Assembly: GCA_964016885.1 (NCBI GenBank)
Contig: OZ024742.1
Location: 132,680,001-132,744,000 of the forward strand
Reading direction: 5' to 3'
Origin: Eledone cirrhosa
Taxonomy: Eukaryota
DNA: 64,000 nt
Shown here in pieces: positions 1-11,859 of the stretch. Under the pieces are notes generated by a model. It was not told the origin of the DNA and ran no database searches. It saw only the letters and a program-made list of their open reading frames with translations. Position 1 is the first letter of the stretch, and every line of letters starts with the position of its first letter. A program made the translations under genes and the position numbers.

Positions 1-842
1 CATAGGGATCAATAATATGTCCTAAATTAATAAGCTTGACATTGTATTAAATGTACATAGTATTTAAGATGTAATGGATACTCCTCATTTATGCTGCAAG
101 AACATTCAGGATTTACATCTGGTTTGTTCTTTTCGATCATTTTGTGACGTAAATCCAAAGTCTACGTGGTAGAGATTAAATATATCACCACCAATTAGTC
201 AGAAATATATGTGAGCATGATGCAGGCCGATGTAAACAATGGTTCTACTCGCACTTTTCCTTATTCAGCAATCACAATTTAGAAATCAGCTCAGCGCTGG
301 CAAGAATACTTAGAAAAGCAAATGTGTACCGCTCAAAATTCATATGAAAAGTGATCGAGAAATCAAGGGCATACGTCAATGGAATTTACAGAAGCCCATT
401 CATCTTCAGTGACAAATTCAGGATTTGGCATGGATACTACTCATCAGACAACTATCTAAACTCTACGACTGAAGACTTAATGATTGTTTGTACCTCAAGA
501 GTCACCTCCTATCGAACTGGAGCCCACATACCAAAACACCAACACATCAGACCCGCTAAATACCCCATTACCCTACATTTTCTCTTCCATAGCAGCGCAA
601 TAATACACATATATCAAATACCCAAGCACGCACACTCTGTACAATCACCATCTCAAGAATATCCGCTTACCTTTTGTATGGGTTCTAATTTTTAGAAAAC
701 GTGTTTAAAATAGGCTTACAATTTACAAAATCAAATTGAAAACAATGTTACACACATACGTCAAGAAGTCATCGTTCCTTTTGCAGAAATCGCATTGCGT
801 ATTACCTCCCTTGGCAAGTTGATGACGAAACTTTTATTGTAT

Positions 843-1466
843 ACTAGCAGAATGGCCCGGCGTTGCTCGGGATTTGTTCTAGTGTTCTTATATATTCGAT
901 ATATATTTATCCTTATCGAACTTCGTGAAATAAATACGTTTGTTCATATTTTGTTACTGTGTATACAAAACTATCTGTACACGAATATATATATATATAT
1001 ATATATATTAAAATAACAGATTCAAGTTTATGTAAAGAATCTCTGCTTTCCCCCTTAACAGGACCTTCTGAAACTGAAAAAATCAATCTGTGAACGCAGA
1101 AATAAGTATTTTGAAAAAGGTTAAACACTATATATATATATACGCAGACCCACTATATATACGTATACACACACACACACACATAGCGAGATCATAATGT
1201 CGTAATGAGGCAACCAGACATACAGACATATATTCTAAGGGCGCAGCGTTATATCTATGTATCTATCTAGAAAAAAAGACTAATAATTATAGAGAGAGAT
1301 CGCTAAATCACCTAATGCGGTCCGAGGGCATTGGAAATTTGAAATATTTTTTACTCAAACTCTCATAGTTTTACATGTATAAAGTTTGAAAACAATCGGT
1401 TAGGTGGTTTTCGAGTTTTAGGGAATCAGACAGACAGACAGACATTCTCTGTTTTAGATATATCGA
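843..1466 (+). mobile_element. Non-autonomous Helitron/Helentron-like (Lep1/HINE-type) element with nested PLE terminal fragments
   Basis: 5' end ACTAGCAGAATGGCCCGGCGTTGCTCGGG (short hairpin) and 3' end AAAGTTTGAAAACAATCGGTTAGGTGGTTTTCGAG...(CAGA)n CATTCTCTGTTTTAGATATA resemble, from memory, Lep1/DINE-like termini; 890-1110 contains pieces of the PLE repeat seen at 8700-8900. Confidence 0.5.
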
Positions 1467-1827
1467 TTAATGTTATCCGTATTATGAGAGGTTATTTTAA
1501 GTTAAAATATCTTACAGCTACTATGCATGCACATCTATACATTTCTAATGGCACGGTTTCCTCCTTGTACATATAGATGTGTAAAATTATGTTTTTCTGA
1601 ATTTGAGAGTTATCAACCCTTGTTTTAAGTGCAATTCTTTACACACTATGAATAATAATCATAAAGTAATGGGTTTTTTTTAAATATTTTTTGCGACTGG
1701 TAAGAAAGGCGGGTTTCATAATCACTAAACCCTCATTAGTGGTAGCCAAAACTGATGCTCGAAACCTAAGATAAGCTATTCATGTGAAGTTCACGAACTT
1801 TAATATAAACAATATACACACTCGCAA

Positions 1828-1923
<96 letters not shown>

Positions 1924-1955
1924 CCTCCATGTATATATATATATATATATATATA

Positions 1956-2082
1956 TATTTAATGTAGAAAGGCTTCTACAGGACTATAACTGTTTCATTC
2001 CTGAGAAATCGTCAAGAAGCCCTGATGATTTCTCCGAAATGAAACAGTTCTATTCCTGTAGAAACCTTTCTACATTAAATAT
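1956..2082. repeat. Fold-back inverted repeat containing a partial HHR-like core
   Basis: Arms ~1956-2016 and 2022-2082 are imperfect reverse complements; the right arm reads CTGATGA-tttctccgaaat-GAAA-CAG..CTG-TA. Confidence 0.65.
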
Positions 2083-3015
2083 TTATACTCTGCTTTGTAT
2101 TGAGTACCTTACTTACTGTGGTAACCCCGATTGAACCCGGGATAATCTTACATATATATATATATATGTGTATGTGTGTGTATGTGTGTATACCATTATG
2201 TATAAAATACATAGCAAATTATCGCATAACGTCCTAGCTACTCGGAGTTTCTCGAAACAACAAATTTGGAAACATTTATATTTAGTTTGACTACAGATTT
2301 CAGCATCGATATACATTTCTTCATTACGAAATGTAGCCTCATAAATCAGGTACGGAATAAATTGAACAGTATTAACCTTAGGTTCCTAACTGACGCCGTA
2401 TAAATGTAGCTGTGCTCTCACGACCCCACAAAGAATCCGACAATAATTTCAGCCAGAATATACAGAAACAGCGTATGTCTAGAACAAGGAGGAAAGTTAC
2501 AAACTTTTCAATTGAAATTGAACTTAAAGTCAACAGCATCACTCTCGTTTGTTTGTTTGTTTTTTTGCGATGGGCTTATAAGACGGAAAAAGAAAATTAA
2601 ACAAAGATTCTACTAACATTACACCAAAATGAAGCTGGTCATTCTCCCCCTTAATTTAAGATTTTTAATCAGAATTCAAAACGATTGTTTTTTTTTTGAA
2701 AATGTCGTGCAAATTACGAAATTTTCAATTGATTTTGAAGTTTAAGCATAAAAAACTGTTTGGTAGTTTTGTGTTTTCGAAACTAATTAATTGGGTCTTT
2801 TATCCAAAGTAAAATGGCCAAGTAAATAAGCATTTTAATATATTTGTTTCTGATATTAAGGGTATTTACTATTTCGTCTACGTGATATTATCAATGCCTA
2901 ACGAACAGCATTCAGCATTTTGTGAACAGGTTCAAGGGAATTCTTACACTCTTCAGATTCTCCACTTTCAATCACTCTCTCTCTCTCTCTTTCTCTTTCG
3001 CTCACTCAATCTCAA

Positions 3016-3133
<118 letters not shown>

Positions 3134-3714
3134 AATACAATAACACAGATAGTTTAAAGCTAATCTCTGACTGGTAACCATCTCACTCAACAAACATTAG
3201 GTTATATTTTAATATAAACCCAATTTAAGTGTTTGGGGTGCTAACAATATGTATTATGTGGAAAAGCCAGTTGTATTATTTCATGATATAAATAAAGTTA
3301 AAATATATCTCTCTTTCCAAACAATTGTTTCATTATAAGTTTTCTACAAATTCGGAGAATATTTCCAGTTCATGTAGAAGCCTAATATACATTCATGTAA
3401 GAATATATTTAGGTGGGCGCTTATAAATCATCAGTGGATGCCCATTAAACCTTGATATAAGAAAAACATTTCTTACCACGGTTAAAAATCATGTCCGTTA
3501 AGTTGCTCCTTCCCGCATCCAATGACCGGCAAATTTGAAATTCCAGCAGTTTTTGACTGAGGAAGTGTTATAGCGTCAATAAGCGGGAAGGGGAGACAAC
3601 TACGATCCACGAAAGGAGGAAAAAAATAATAATATACAAATATACACGCGGGTTAATCAGTTTATTCGAAAACATTATCAATCCAACGTGTTAAGAACTC
3701 AATTGAAATTAAAA

Positions 3715-3759
<45 letters not shown>

Positions 3760-3763
<4 letters not shown>

Positions 3764-3985
3764 TAGAAGTTGTATTTAATTTGTTGGAAGTCCGACAAAC
3801 ATAAATGTCTATAACTGATATAGAGGACTCAACATTTTACTGGAGTAAATATTCAATGATATTAAATACATGGAAACTATATTTATAAAACCATATTTAT
3901 TTTATTATATATATTTCAAGGGCAACCAAGAAAACATTGGTGCGCTTTCATCAGATAATATACAAAGTTTGTTTTATAAATAGAG
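3760..3985 (-). mobile_element. PLE-type terminal repeat fragment with HHR (family shared with 19555-19782)
   Basis: Reverse complement of 19555-19782; the first ~90 bp are duplicated at 4058-4148. Confidence 0.55.
3898..3962 (-). ncRNA. Minimal type I hammerhead ribozyme motif
   Basis: Minus strand: tatattat CTGATGA aagcgcaccaa..ttggttgccctt GAAA T ATAT A TA|ataaaata; helices I, II and a palindromic-loop helix III can all be drawn. Confidence 0.65.
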
Positions 3986-4148
3986 ACGTACCCATGAATA
4001 TCATAACTTATCGGTTAGAAATTCATATATATGTATATACATACATATGTATAGATATATAAGTAGAAGGGATATTTAATTTGTTGGAAATCCAACACAT
4101 ATAAATGTTTATAACTGATTCAGAGCACTCGATATATTTCTGGTGTAA

Positions 4149-4337
4149 CGGTGGATTGGCAGTATCGGTAGAGAGTCGGACGCAATGCTTTGACGCATAG
4201 AATTACGGCCCTTGCCATTCTCAGTTCAAATCCCGCCGAGGTTAACTTTGCCTTTCATCCTTACGCGGTCGATAACATAAGGTACCAGTAATACACTGAG
4301 TAATTGCTGGTCTTGTGCCAAAATTAGAAACAATTAT
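4149..4337 (+). mobile_element. tRNA-derived SINE (octopus-type)
   Basis: A-box-like TGGCAGTATCGG, B-box GTTCAAATCC, conserved centre CTTTGCCTTTCATCCTTACGGGGTCGATAAAATAAAGTACCAG (family consensus), AT-rich tail; six homologous copies in the window. Confidence 0.85.
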
Positions 4338-4372
4338 ATTGTATTATATATATATATATTTATATACATATG

Positions 4373-4416
<44 letters not shown>

Positions 4417-4764
4417 TATTCATACCTTCCTACAAATTAATATCGTATAGAATACCCAAAAAATCTAACGAAAATTTATTCAGAGAATTCTGAAGACTAT
4501 TTTCAAAATTAAACATGCTTCGCATGTTCAGTTCTGCCGTTTAAATGTATTACATTGATAGGATTCAAGAAATCTGCTTATGCAAAGTAATAATACTAAT
4601 GGTAGCATACAGATGTGTTTCACTTCCATACCAATAAACCTTATATTTAAATAGCGTAAAATAATGTACATAGACATATAACTATATATGCATACGGTTA
4701 TATATGCTTATATATATATATATATATATATATAAGATCAAAAGAGGGTTAAAAGAGTTCCATG

Positions 4765-4835
4765 TATTTTATTATGCGCATTTCAAAAACAAATATCATC
4801 ATGCAATAACATTTGTGTTTTCATCAGATAAAATA
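4765..4835 (-). ncRNA. Minimal type I hammerhead ribozyme
   Basis: Minus strand: tattttat CTGATGA [aaacacaaatgttattgcatgatgatatttgttttt hairpin] GAAA T GCGC A TA|ataaaata; 8-bp helix I and palindromic GCGC loop III. Confidence 0.75.
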
Positions 4836-5041
4836 GGAAGACATGATATGAAAGTTAAAAAACACTTGTGAATAGTGTAGTTTTAAATCAACATATGAAA
4901 AGTAGTTTTAGATTGATGTGTGATATTGGGGAAAACAAAAAAAAACAAAAAAAATATCACACAATCTAAAACTACTTTTCATATGTTGATTTAAAACTGC
5001 ACTATTCACAAGTGTTTTTTAACTTTCATATCATGTCTTCC

Positions 5042-5112
5042 TATTTTATCTGATGAAAACACAAATGTTATTGCATGATGATATTTGTTTTTGAAATGCA
5101 CATAATAAAATA
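5042..5112 (+). ncRNA. Minimal type I hammerhead ribozyme (loop III GCAC)
   Basis: Inverted copy of 4765-4835 with GCGC changed to GCAC in loop III. Confidence 0.7.
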
Positions 5113-5201
5113 CATAGAACTCTTTTAACCATCTTTTGATCTTATATATTATCTATACTCCAGTCCTACAAACTGTAGAGTGCTTCTTATCCGATATCTG
5201 C

Positions 5202-5243
<42 letters not shown>

Positions 5244-5351
5244 ATGTATATATGTATATACATAGCTATATATATACATGTGTGTGCGGGGGTGTGAGGT
5301 GGGAGAGTACGTGTGTCATATATGTGTGTGCGTGTGTATATACATATATAA

Positions 5352-5385
<34 letters not shown>

Positions 5386-6022
5386 ATGTGTATATACATA
5401 CATATTTGTATTTATTTAATATTACCTAAACTGTGACTCAGAGAAAAAGCCCCTGAATTTACTATGACTCAATCTCATTTCAACTGTTGCTACAGGAATA
5501 AGTATATGCAAAGCATAGAGGTGGATGGAGGACTGCGAGAAAAATATTTACACGGCTAAAGAATGTGATGGTATAAGATTTTATAAAGGAATATTTCTAC
5601 TTCTTTACTTATGCCAAAAGAATGAACGATATTTTCCTAAAGTCTGGAGCTCTATTCAATTATTCCGAATATTATTGATTTCTTGTTGTTATGCTGAAAT
5701 TTGTATGGTCGGTGGGATAAATCTGAATATGCTCCTTATATTTCAATAGGAAGAAATTTGCTATAAGTTGACTTTCTAAATTTCCTACATGCACTTTATG
5801 TAAAGTCACTAAACTTTACACTGAATGCAATTATAACAGCATTGGCATACATCATCCTTGCTGAATATTTGAATGAATAATCTCTGAATATTATAAAACT
5901 AGAGAAATTTTGAAATATTATATCAGATTAGGTAGTGCGGAGCATTTAACCCGTTAATACACACACACACATACAGACAAACACACATACACACACACAC
6001 ATACAGACAAACACACACACAT

Positions 6023-6087
<65 letters not shown>

Positions 6088-7167
6088 GATATATATGTAT
6101 AAATATATATATATATATACACCCAGATATATATGTATAAATATATATAAACAGTATATATACACACACACACATCACATATATGTATAAGATGCTAATG
6201 TTCCATACAAATCGAACATTATATGTAAATGGCAAAGGAGGAAAAGCATATGAGTATATATAAACATTCTTTTTCTCTTTGTTAAGCAAAATAAATATTT
6301 GTATGCTTGTTACATTAAATAAATATAATCGTACAAGTACATATAAAAGTTGCACGTGTCTCAGCGTATATGCATCGGTCTTTCGTCTGTAGATCAAAGC
6401 GAACTCACTATACTTGGATCGGAATTGCTCACACACATTAGATCAAGTACACTTTATTTTCCTTCTCTACAGCAGCAAAGACAGGGACATCACCCCACAA
6501 TAACTGACGACGGCCTGGCAATTATGGGAAAATGAGCTTTATCACCTGCAAGGAGTAACCAATAAAGACATTTTATAGATTAATCAACAGTTTTATAACC
6601 CTTTATGAACGAGAACAGCTAGTCATATACTGAATAGCTTCATTTGTTTCAGTTATCTAACCTCCTTGTACCAATTTCTAATACTACTACCATTACAATT
6701 CCCTCTCCCAAGTCAACTAATCAGCCTTTATTAGAATGTGTACAGACATATGTTTGCCGAGCGCCGACAGTTAAACTCATCTTCCACAACATCTTGTAAA
6801 CAAAAGCAAGTTTATTTTTATTTAATTTCGGTGTCTAAACCTTAAGGAAACTTGATGCTCAAAGACTGTTACAATTTATAGGACATTGCTGGAGAAGCAA
6901 TCAGGAAGTTGTACACAAGATACTATTGTGGGAACAAACTCAAGGTAGACGCACTAGAGGTATGCCTATTCGAATCAACATCGATCACCTCTCAGATGTT
7001 ACAAACCTCAGTAGGGAGAAGTTGGCAGGAACATTGGGAAATCGTACATATACAGACATCCCCTCCCCCCAAAAAAAAACAATGCAACTCAGCTTCATAT
7101 ACATGTCATCAACAATAGTTGTTTGGGCTCTTTGTTAATCATTACGCCACGGTGGGTATTTTTACCA

Positions 7168-7212
<45 letters not shown>

Positions 7213-7357
7213 GCAATAAACAACATAAGGCAATTATTTCATTTACCAGTGGTTTCTTAAAAGCAAAAAAAATTGCTTTCAATCCTTAGAATGAAAAAAA
7301 TCCTGGTCTGTTTATTGAATTTGGATATATGTATATATATATATATTAATTAAAATA

Positions 7358-7433
7358 ACAGATTAAAGTTTAAGCAAAGAATCGCTGCTTTCACCCTTAA
7401 CGGGATCTTCTGAAACTAACAAAGTCAATCTGT
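7358..7433 (-). ncRNA. Type I HHR-like motif with CAGAAGA (U4A) core
   Basis: Reverse complement of the 8731-8806 motif, with all helices intact. Confidence 0.6.
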
Positions 7434-7869
7434 GAACGCAGAATTGAATATTTCAAAAGACGGTGCATCCAAAGGAAGACAGGAAGACGATACTTTGGTT
7501 CGTGGAAACGTTCCCTGGCAAAGAACGGGAAAAAACGAATATAATACGTAATTATTTGGAGCGGGGAAAAACAATTACACGCAAATACAAAACCACCTTT
7601 ATGGTATAAAAGAAGTCGTAGACTAATATTCTATTAGTTGGTTCATAGAGACGTTCTCTGGCAATGAACGGAAAAAACGAAAATAATACGTCATCGGGGA
7701 GAACAATTGCACGCAAAGACAAATCCACGTAAATGGTATAGCTGAAGTCGTAAACTAAAATTCTAACTAGGAAACCGATTGATTATCGGCTGCAGAGTTA
7801 AGAATAAATAAAATAAAATACAGAGGAAATTGAAATTAAATAAATAAATTAAAACACTCACTGTGGTTA

Positions 7870-8090
7870 AGGATTTCAAAGTTGATGTCATCCTCAATGC
7901 CCGTAAGTCGGTGATTAATTTCGACACTCTATTTGGATTAAAATATCTAATAGTACCCCATTCGAGGTGAGTACGGGCGCCAGCGATTCTGCGGAGGTTA
8001 CTGATCCTATCGGCCTTTTCCTTCTTTTCTCTATCAAGGAAGAATTCCCCAACGTGGGTGGTGGATTGTACCGTGATGATGGTCTTTTGA
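7870..8090 (+). pseudogene. PLE reverse transcriptase fragment (frameshifted)
   Basis: VILNARKSVINFD/IWIKISNSTPFEVSTGASDSAEVTDPIGLFLL...GGLYRDDGL matches the PLE (Naiad-type) RT pattern FDVTMGSxDGAEVxELVGL...GLYRDDGL. Confidence 0.8.
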
Positions 8091-8162
8091 CCATGACTAG
8101 TGCGGCCCACGTGCTTGCGATAGGTTTATTTATAAACGTTTATTTAATTATATGTATACACG

Positions 8163-8206
<44 letters not shown>

Positions 8207-8730
8207 TACATATATTTTTATGTGTATTTGGTGTATACATTCGTATGCGTGCGGCTACAGGCGTTGCATGGGTTCTGTATGTGCGTGCGTGTTTTTATTT
8301 ATTTATTTATTTATTTATTTATGTTTTTTGTTTTGTTTTTTTTTTGTTTTTTTGTTTTTTTGTTTTTTTGTGTACGTGCGTGTATTTGTATACCTTTGGC
8401 GAGTGTTTTCGCGTATGCTTGTGTATGTACGTATTTGGATGCGTGTATGTATTTATTTAATTTCAATTACCTCTGTATTTTGTTTACTTTATTCTTACCT
8501 CTGAAGCCAATAATCATTCGGTTTCCTAGTTAAAATTTTATTCTAAGACTTCTTTTATACCATAAACGTGGTTTTGTCTTTGCGTGTAATTGTTTTTCAC
8601 CGCTCCAAATAATTACGTATTATATTCGTTTTTTCCCGTTCTTTGCCAGGGAACGTTTCCACGAACCAAAGTATCGTCTTCCTGTCTTCCTCCGGTTGCA
8701 ACGTTTTTTGAAATATTCACTTCTGCGTTC

Positions 8731-8806
8731 ACAGATTGACATTTTTAGTTTCAGAAGATCCCGTTAAGGGTGAAAGCAGCGATTCATTGCTTAAACTTTA
8801 ATCTGT
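8731..8806 (+). ncRNA. Type I HHR-like motif with CAGAAGA (U4A) core
   Basis: acagattga-bulge-agttt CAGAAGA t ccc gttaa ggg t GAAA gca..tgc TT|aaact ttaatctgt: helices I (bulged), II and III all pair. Confidence 0.65.
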
Positions 8807-8904
8807 TATTTTAATAAATATTTGCTCTACGGTTCTTATTTATTTGATATATATTTATCCTTATCGAGCCCTCTTTGGATTTTAGTCATCAAATTTATTA
8901 TTAT

Positions 8905-8948
<44 letters not shown>

Positions 8949-9076
8949 ATGTATGTATGTATGTATGTGTGTGTATGTGTGTATGTGGGTGTGTGTGTGC
9001 GTGGGTGTGTATGTATGCGTATGTATGTATGTATATGTATATATATGTATGTATGTATGTATATATATATATATAT

Positions 9077-9663
9077 GTTAGGTCACCAGTTGGTGCTATT
9101 GGTAACATGTTTTCCAGTACAACCTGTCCCATGGTCGCGTCATTGGTGACTAAACTGGCAAGCCCACCAAAGGTTTCTTGGTGAGGAGGGTGACTTTGGA
9201 CATCCTGCAGGACTAAAAACAAGACCTGTCAAAGGGCAAAGGAGCACTTAAAAGTCAATGGCCATCCAAAATCACCGGGAGAGATGACCCCTTAGCCTTT
9301 GTCAATGCAAAATTCTAGGAGAAGGAAAACTCTGATATAACACCTGCAACCCTGATGGTCTACAATGATGTTGACTTGTTCTTCTTTTTACTAAATATCA
9401 TCTTGGTTAAGAGAGTGTGACTGGCTTTGTGCAGTGCCTTTGCTCACTATAAAAGCTTAGCGGCACAGGCATTGCTTTATATCTGGAGATCTCCCTTTAC
9501 TTGTCGTCACATGGTACCATGGGCCCACCACAAGCGTAGTGTTTGTAGCAGAGTTTTCAAGTCAATGGCTGGACTAAAAAGTCACACTCGTAGGGGTTCG
9601 GTAGGGGTTCTCCTACATGGATATAAAGTAGTGGCCGTACTCGAAAACGAGTTGGCAGCCATC

Positions 9664-9696
<33 letters not shown>

Positions 9697-9740
9697 TGTA
9701 TGTATGTATGTATGTATGTATGTATGTATGTATGTATGTA
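9077..9740 (+). mobile_element. Short non-autonomous RTE-derived retroelement with (TATG)n tail
   Basis: RTE-like 5' motif CTAGGAGAAGGAAAACTCTGAT; 3' relic C2H2-like segment HKRSVCSRVFKSMAGLKSHTR; (TATG)n tail; colinear copy at 23235-23827 (-). Confidence 0.7.
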
Positions 9741-9769
9741 TACATTTACATACATCGCAGTCATAAAGT

Positions 9770-9985
9770 AAGACCAGTGGTTGACTACCAGGATGCTATT
9801 GGAGATGCTACTCAACATGCCTGCCAAGCATGTGGTAGGGAATATAAATCAGCAGGAGGGCTCAAACAGAATGCAAAAATATATTAACTCCGACACTCGG
9901 CTATTCCCAGTTAATGTTTTGGGTGCCAAGACATTTTAGATCATTGGCTGGGCTAAAAAGCCATATTCGATCGCAGCGCTGTTAA
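9770..9985 (+). mobile_element. 3' fragment of a related RTE-like LINE
   Basis: Degenerate zinc-finger-like peptides HACQACGREYKSAGGLK and SLAGLKSHIR. Confidence 0.45.
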
Positions 9986-10108
9986 TGGCTATTGTGTGTG
10001 TGTATATATAGATATGTTTATGTGCGTACGTGTGTGTATATATATATATGCATATTATTGTTGCTGTTGTCGTTATTATCATTGATGTTATTATTATTAT
10101 TATTATAA

Positions 10109-10310
10109 GGGCGGTGGATTGGCTGTATCGGTAGAGAGTCGGACGCCATGCTTTCCAGCATAGTTACGTCCCTTTACGGACTGAGTTCAAATCCCGCCGA
10201 GGTTAACTTTGGCTTTCATACTTTCGGGGTCGATAACATAAAGTAACAGTAATGTACTGGGTTATTGCTGGTCTCGTGCCAAAAGTAGAAACAATTATTA
10301 TTATTATTAT
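10109..10310 (+). mobile_element. tRNA-derived SINE
   Basis: Full-length homolog of 4149-4337 with (TTA)n tail. Confidence 0.85.
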
Positions 10311-10512
10311 CATGATTATTATTGTTATTATTATGTTTTTTGTTTTTTTCTCATGCAATGGCCATACTCGATAACGAGGGGATAGTCATCATATGTATGT
10401 ATGTATATATATATATGTATGCATGTATATATATGTATGTATGTATATATATGTATGTATGTATATATATATGTGTGTGTATATATATATGTATGTATAT
10501 ATATATGTATGC

Positions 10513-10578
<66 letters not shown>

Positions 10579-10584
10579 GTATGT

Positions 10585-11042
10585 ATGAAACAAATAAAAT
10601 AAGAAAATTATAGTAATTAGCTTACTTACTTAAATTTCTCTCCAACTAATTAGTTTCTGAAAGGGAATATACATGGAGAACATGGAGAAACCTTTTCGTC
10701 ATCGTCCTGGAATTTAGTCCCCGCTTGCTCTTTTCCATCCACTCGATATTTTTGTATAAGTTCCCTGTGTCCACGCATCGCCAGGTATATTATCTGAGAA
10801 TGACTCCCCGATGACAAAAAGGTTTCTCCATGTTTTCCATGTATATTCCCTTTCAGAAACTAATCAGTTGGAGATAAATTTAAGTAAGTAATATAATTGC
10901 TATAATTTTCTTATTTTACGTTTTTCATATAATTGTTCTGCATCTCCTTGCATTGAACAACAAAGTTACTCAGACAAAACCTATATATTTGCTTGCATAG
11001 GTATACATCTGTGTTTATATATGTTGGTAGATATACTAATTC
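10585..11042 (+). mobile_element. Fold-back PLE-like terminal repeat
   Basis: 10585-10704 is the reverse complement of 10809-10928; the tail 10905-11042 is homologous to 46784-46921. Confidence 0.7.
10804..10873 (+). ncRNA. HHR-like motif, CCGATGA core
   Basis: ctcc CCGATGA [41 nt] GAAACT AATC AGTT|ggag; the inverted arm has the palindromic loop AATT. Confidence 0.4.
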
Positions 11043-11084
11043 TTTATATATGTATGTATACATATGTATGTATGTATATATATG

Positions 11085-11116
<32 letters not shown>

Positions 11117-11334
11117 TGTATGTATATATATATATATATGTATGTATATATATATATATACATACATATATATATATGTATGTATATATGTGTATGTATG
11201 TATATATAGGAATGTATGTATATATATATGTATATATATATGTGTATGTATATATATGTATATATATATGTGTATGTATATATATGTATGTAAATATATG
11301 TATGTAAATATATGTATGTATATATATAACTATG

Positions 11335-11371
<37 letters not shown>

Positions 11372-11727
11372 GTATATGTATGTATATATATGTATGTATG
11401 TATATATATATATATATATATGTATATAAGTATGAATGTATATATTTATATATATATATGTATGTATGTGTATGTATGTATATATATATATGTTATATAT
11501 TTGGTAAAAAAATCCATATATATATATATGTATTCAATGTGGTCTACCTTTCGTGGTAGGATTTATAACGTAGTTATACCTCAATGTAATCCGTTAACAA
11601 GTAATTCAGTGAGATCCAGAGATAGGTTCCGTGTTTCGCTGAGTATCCTTTAGATACAGAGCCCGATATATTAGATATTAGTTTAACAATGATAATAATA
11701 ACGAAGGTAAGTTATTTTACATATTTT

Positions 11728-11859
11728 TTCACTTTTTTACGATCGTTTCGGAGGGTTGTTTAAATTGATATATTGACTGGTCTATAGCAGTTAGAGAACT
11801 GTATACTATCAGACATAATATATAGGTTCGATCATACCGTCTTCTTCGGAAACAGTGAA
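11728..11859 (-). ncRNA. HHR-like motif with ~93-nt helix II, CCGAAGA core
   Basis: Minus strand: ttcactgttt CCGAAGA [93 nt imperfect hairpin] GAAAC GATC GTA|aaaaagtgaa; 9 of 10 bp in helix I. Confidence 0.55.

Larger units (their letters stand above)
4731..5147. mobile_element. Fold-back element (~195-bp arms), probable inverted PLE pseudo-LTR pair
   Basis: 4731-4927 is the near-perfect reverse complement of 4953-5147 around a short A-rich spacer; each arm carries an HHR; (TA)n on the left and nearby on the right. Confidence 0.8.
7346..8905 (+). mobile_element. Truncated Penelope-like retroelement (Naiad-like) with inverted pseudo-LTRs
   Basis: 7346-7848 is an inverted copy (with an internal ~140-bp duplication) of 8451-8820; an RT fragment lies between them; (TA)n on both sides. 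Confidence 0.8.

Noticed and set aside
255-480. Possible PLE GIY-YIG relic (ISSALARILRKANV..VNGIYRSP) or the 351-695 ORF
   Set aside because: Similarity too weak, no YIG motif, stops present
4149-4240. tRNA gene
   Set aside because: A/B boxes belong to a SINE head; no cloverleaf and always followed by the same SINE body
9081-9225. HDV-like or twister ribozyme at the RTE-derived 5' end
   Set aside because: GGTCACC/GGTGACT and CTAA are suggestive, but L3/P1.1 (HDV) and UAA/L4 (twister) consensus could not be fitted
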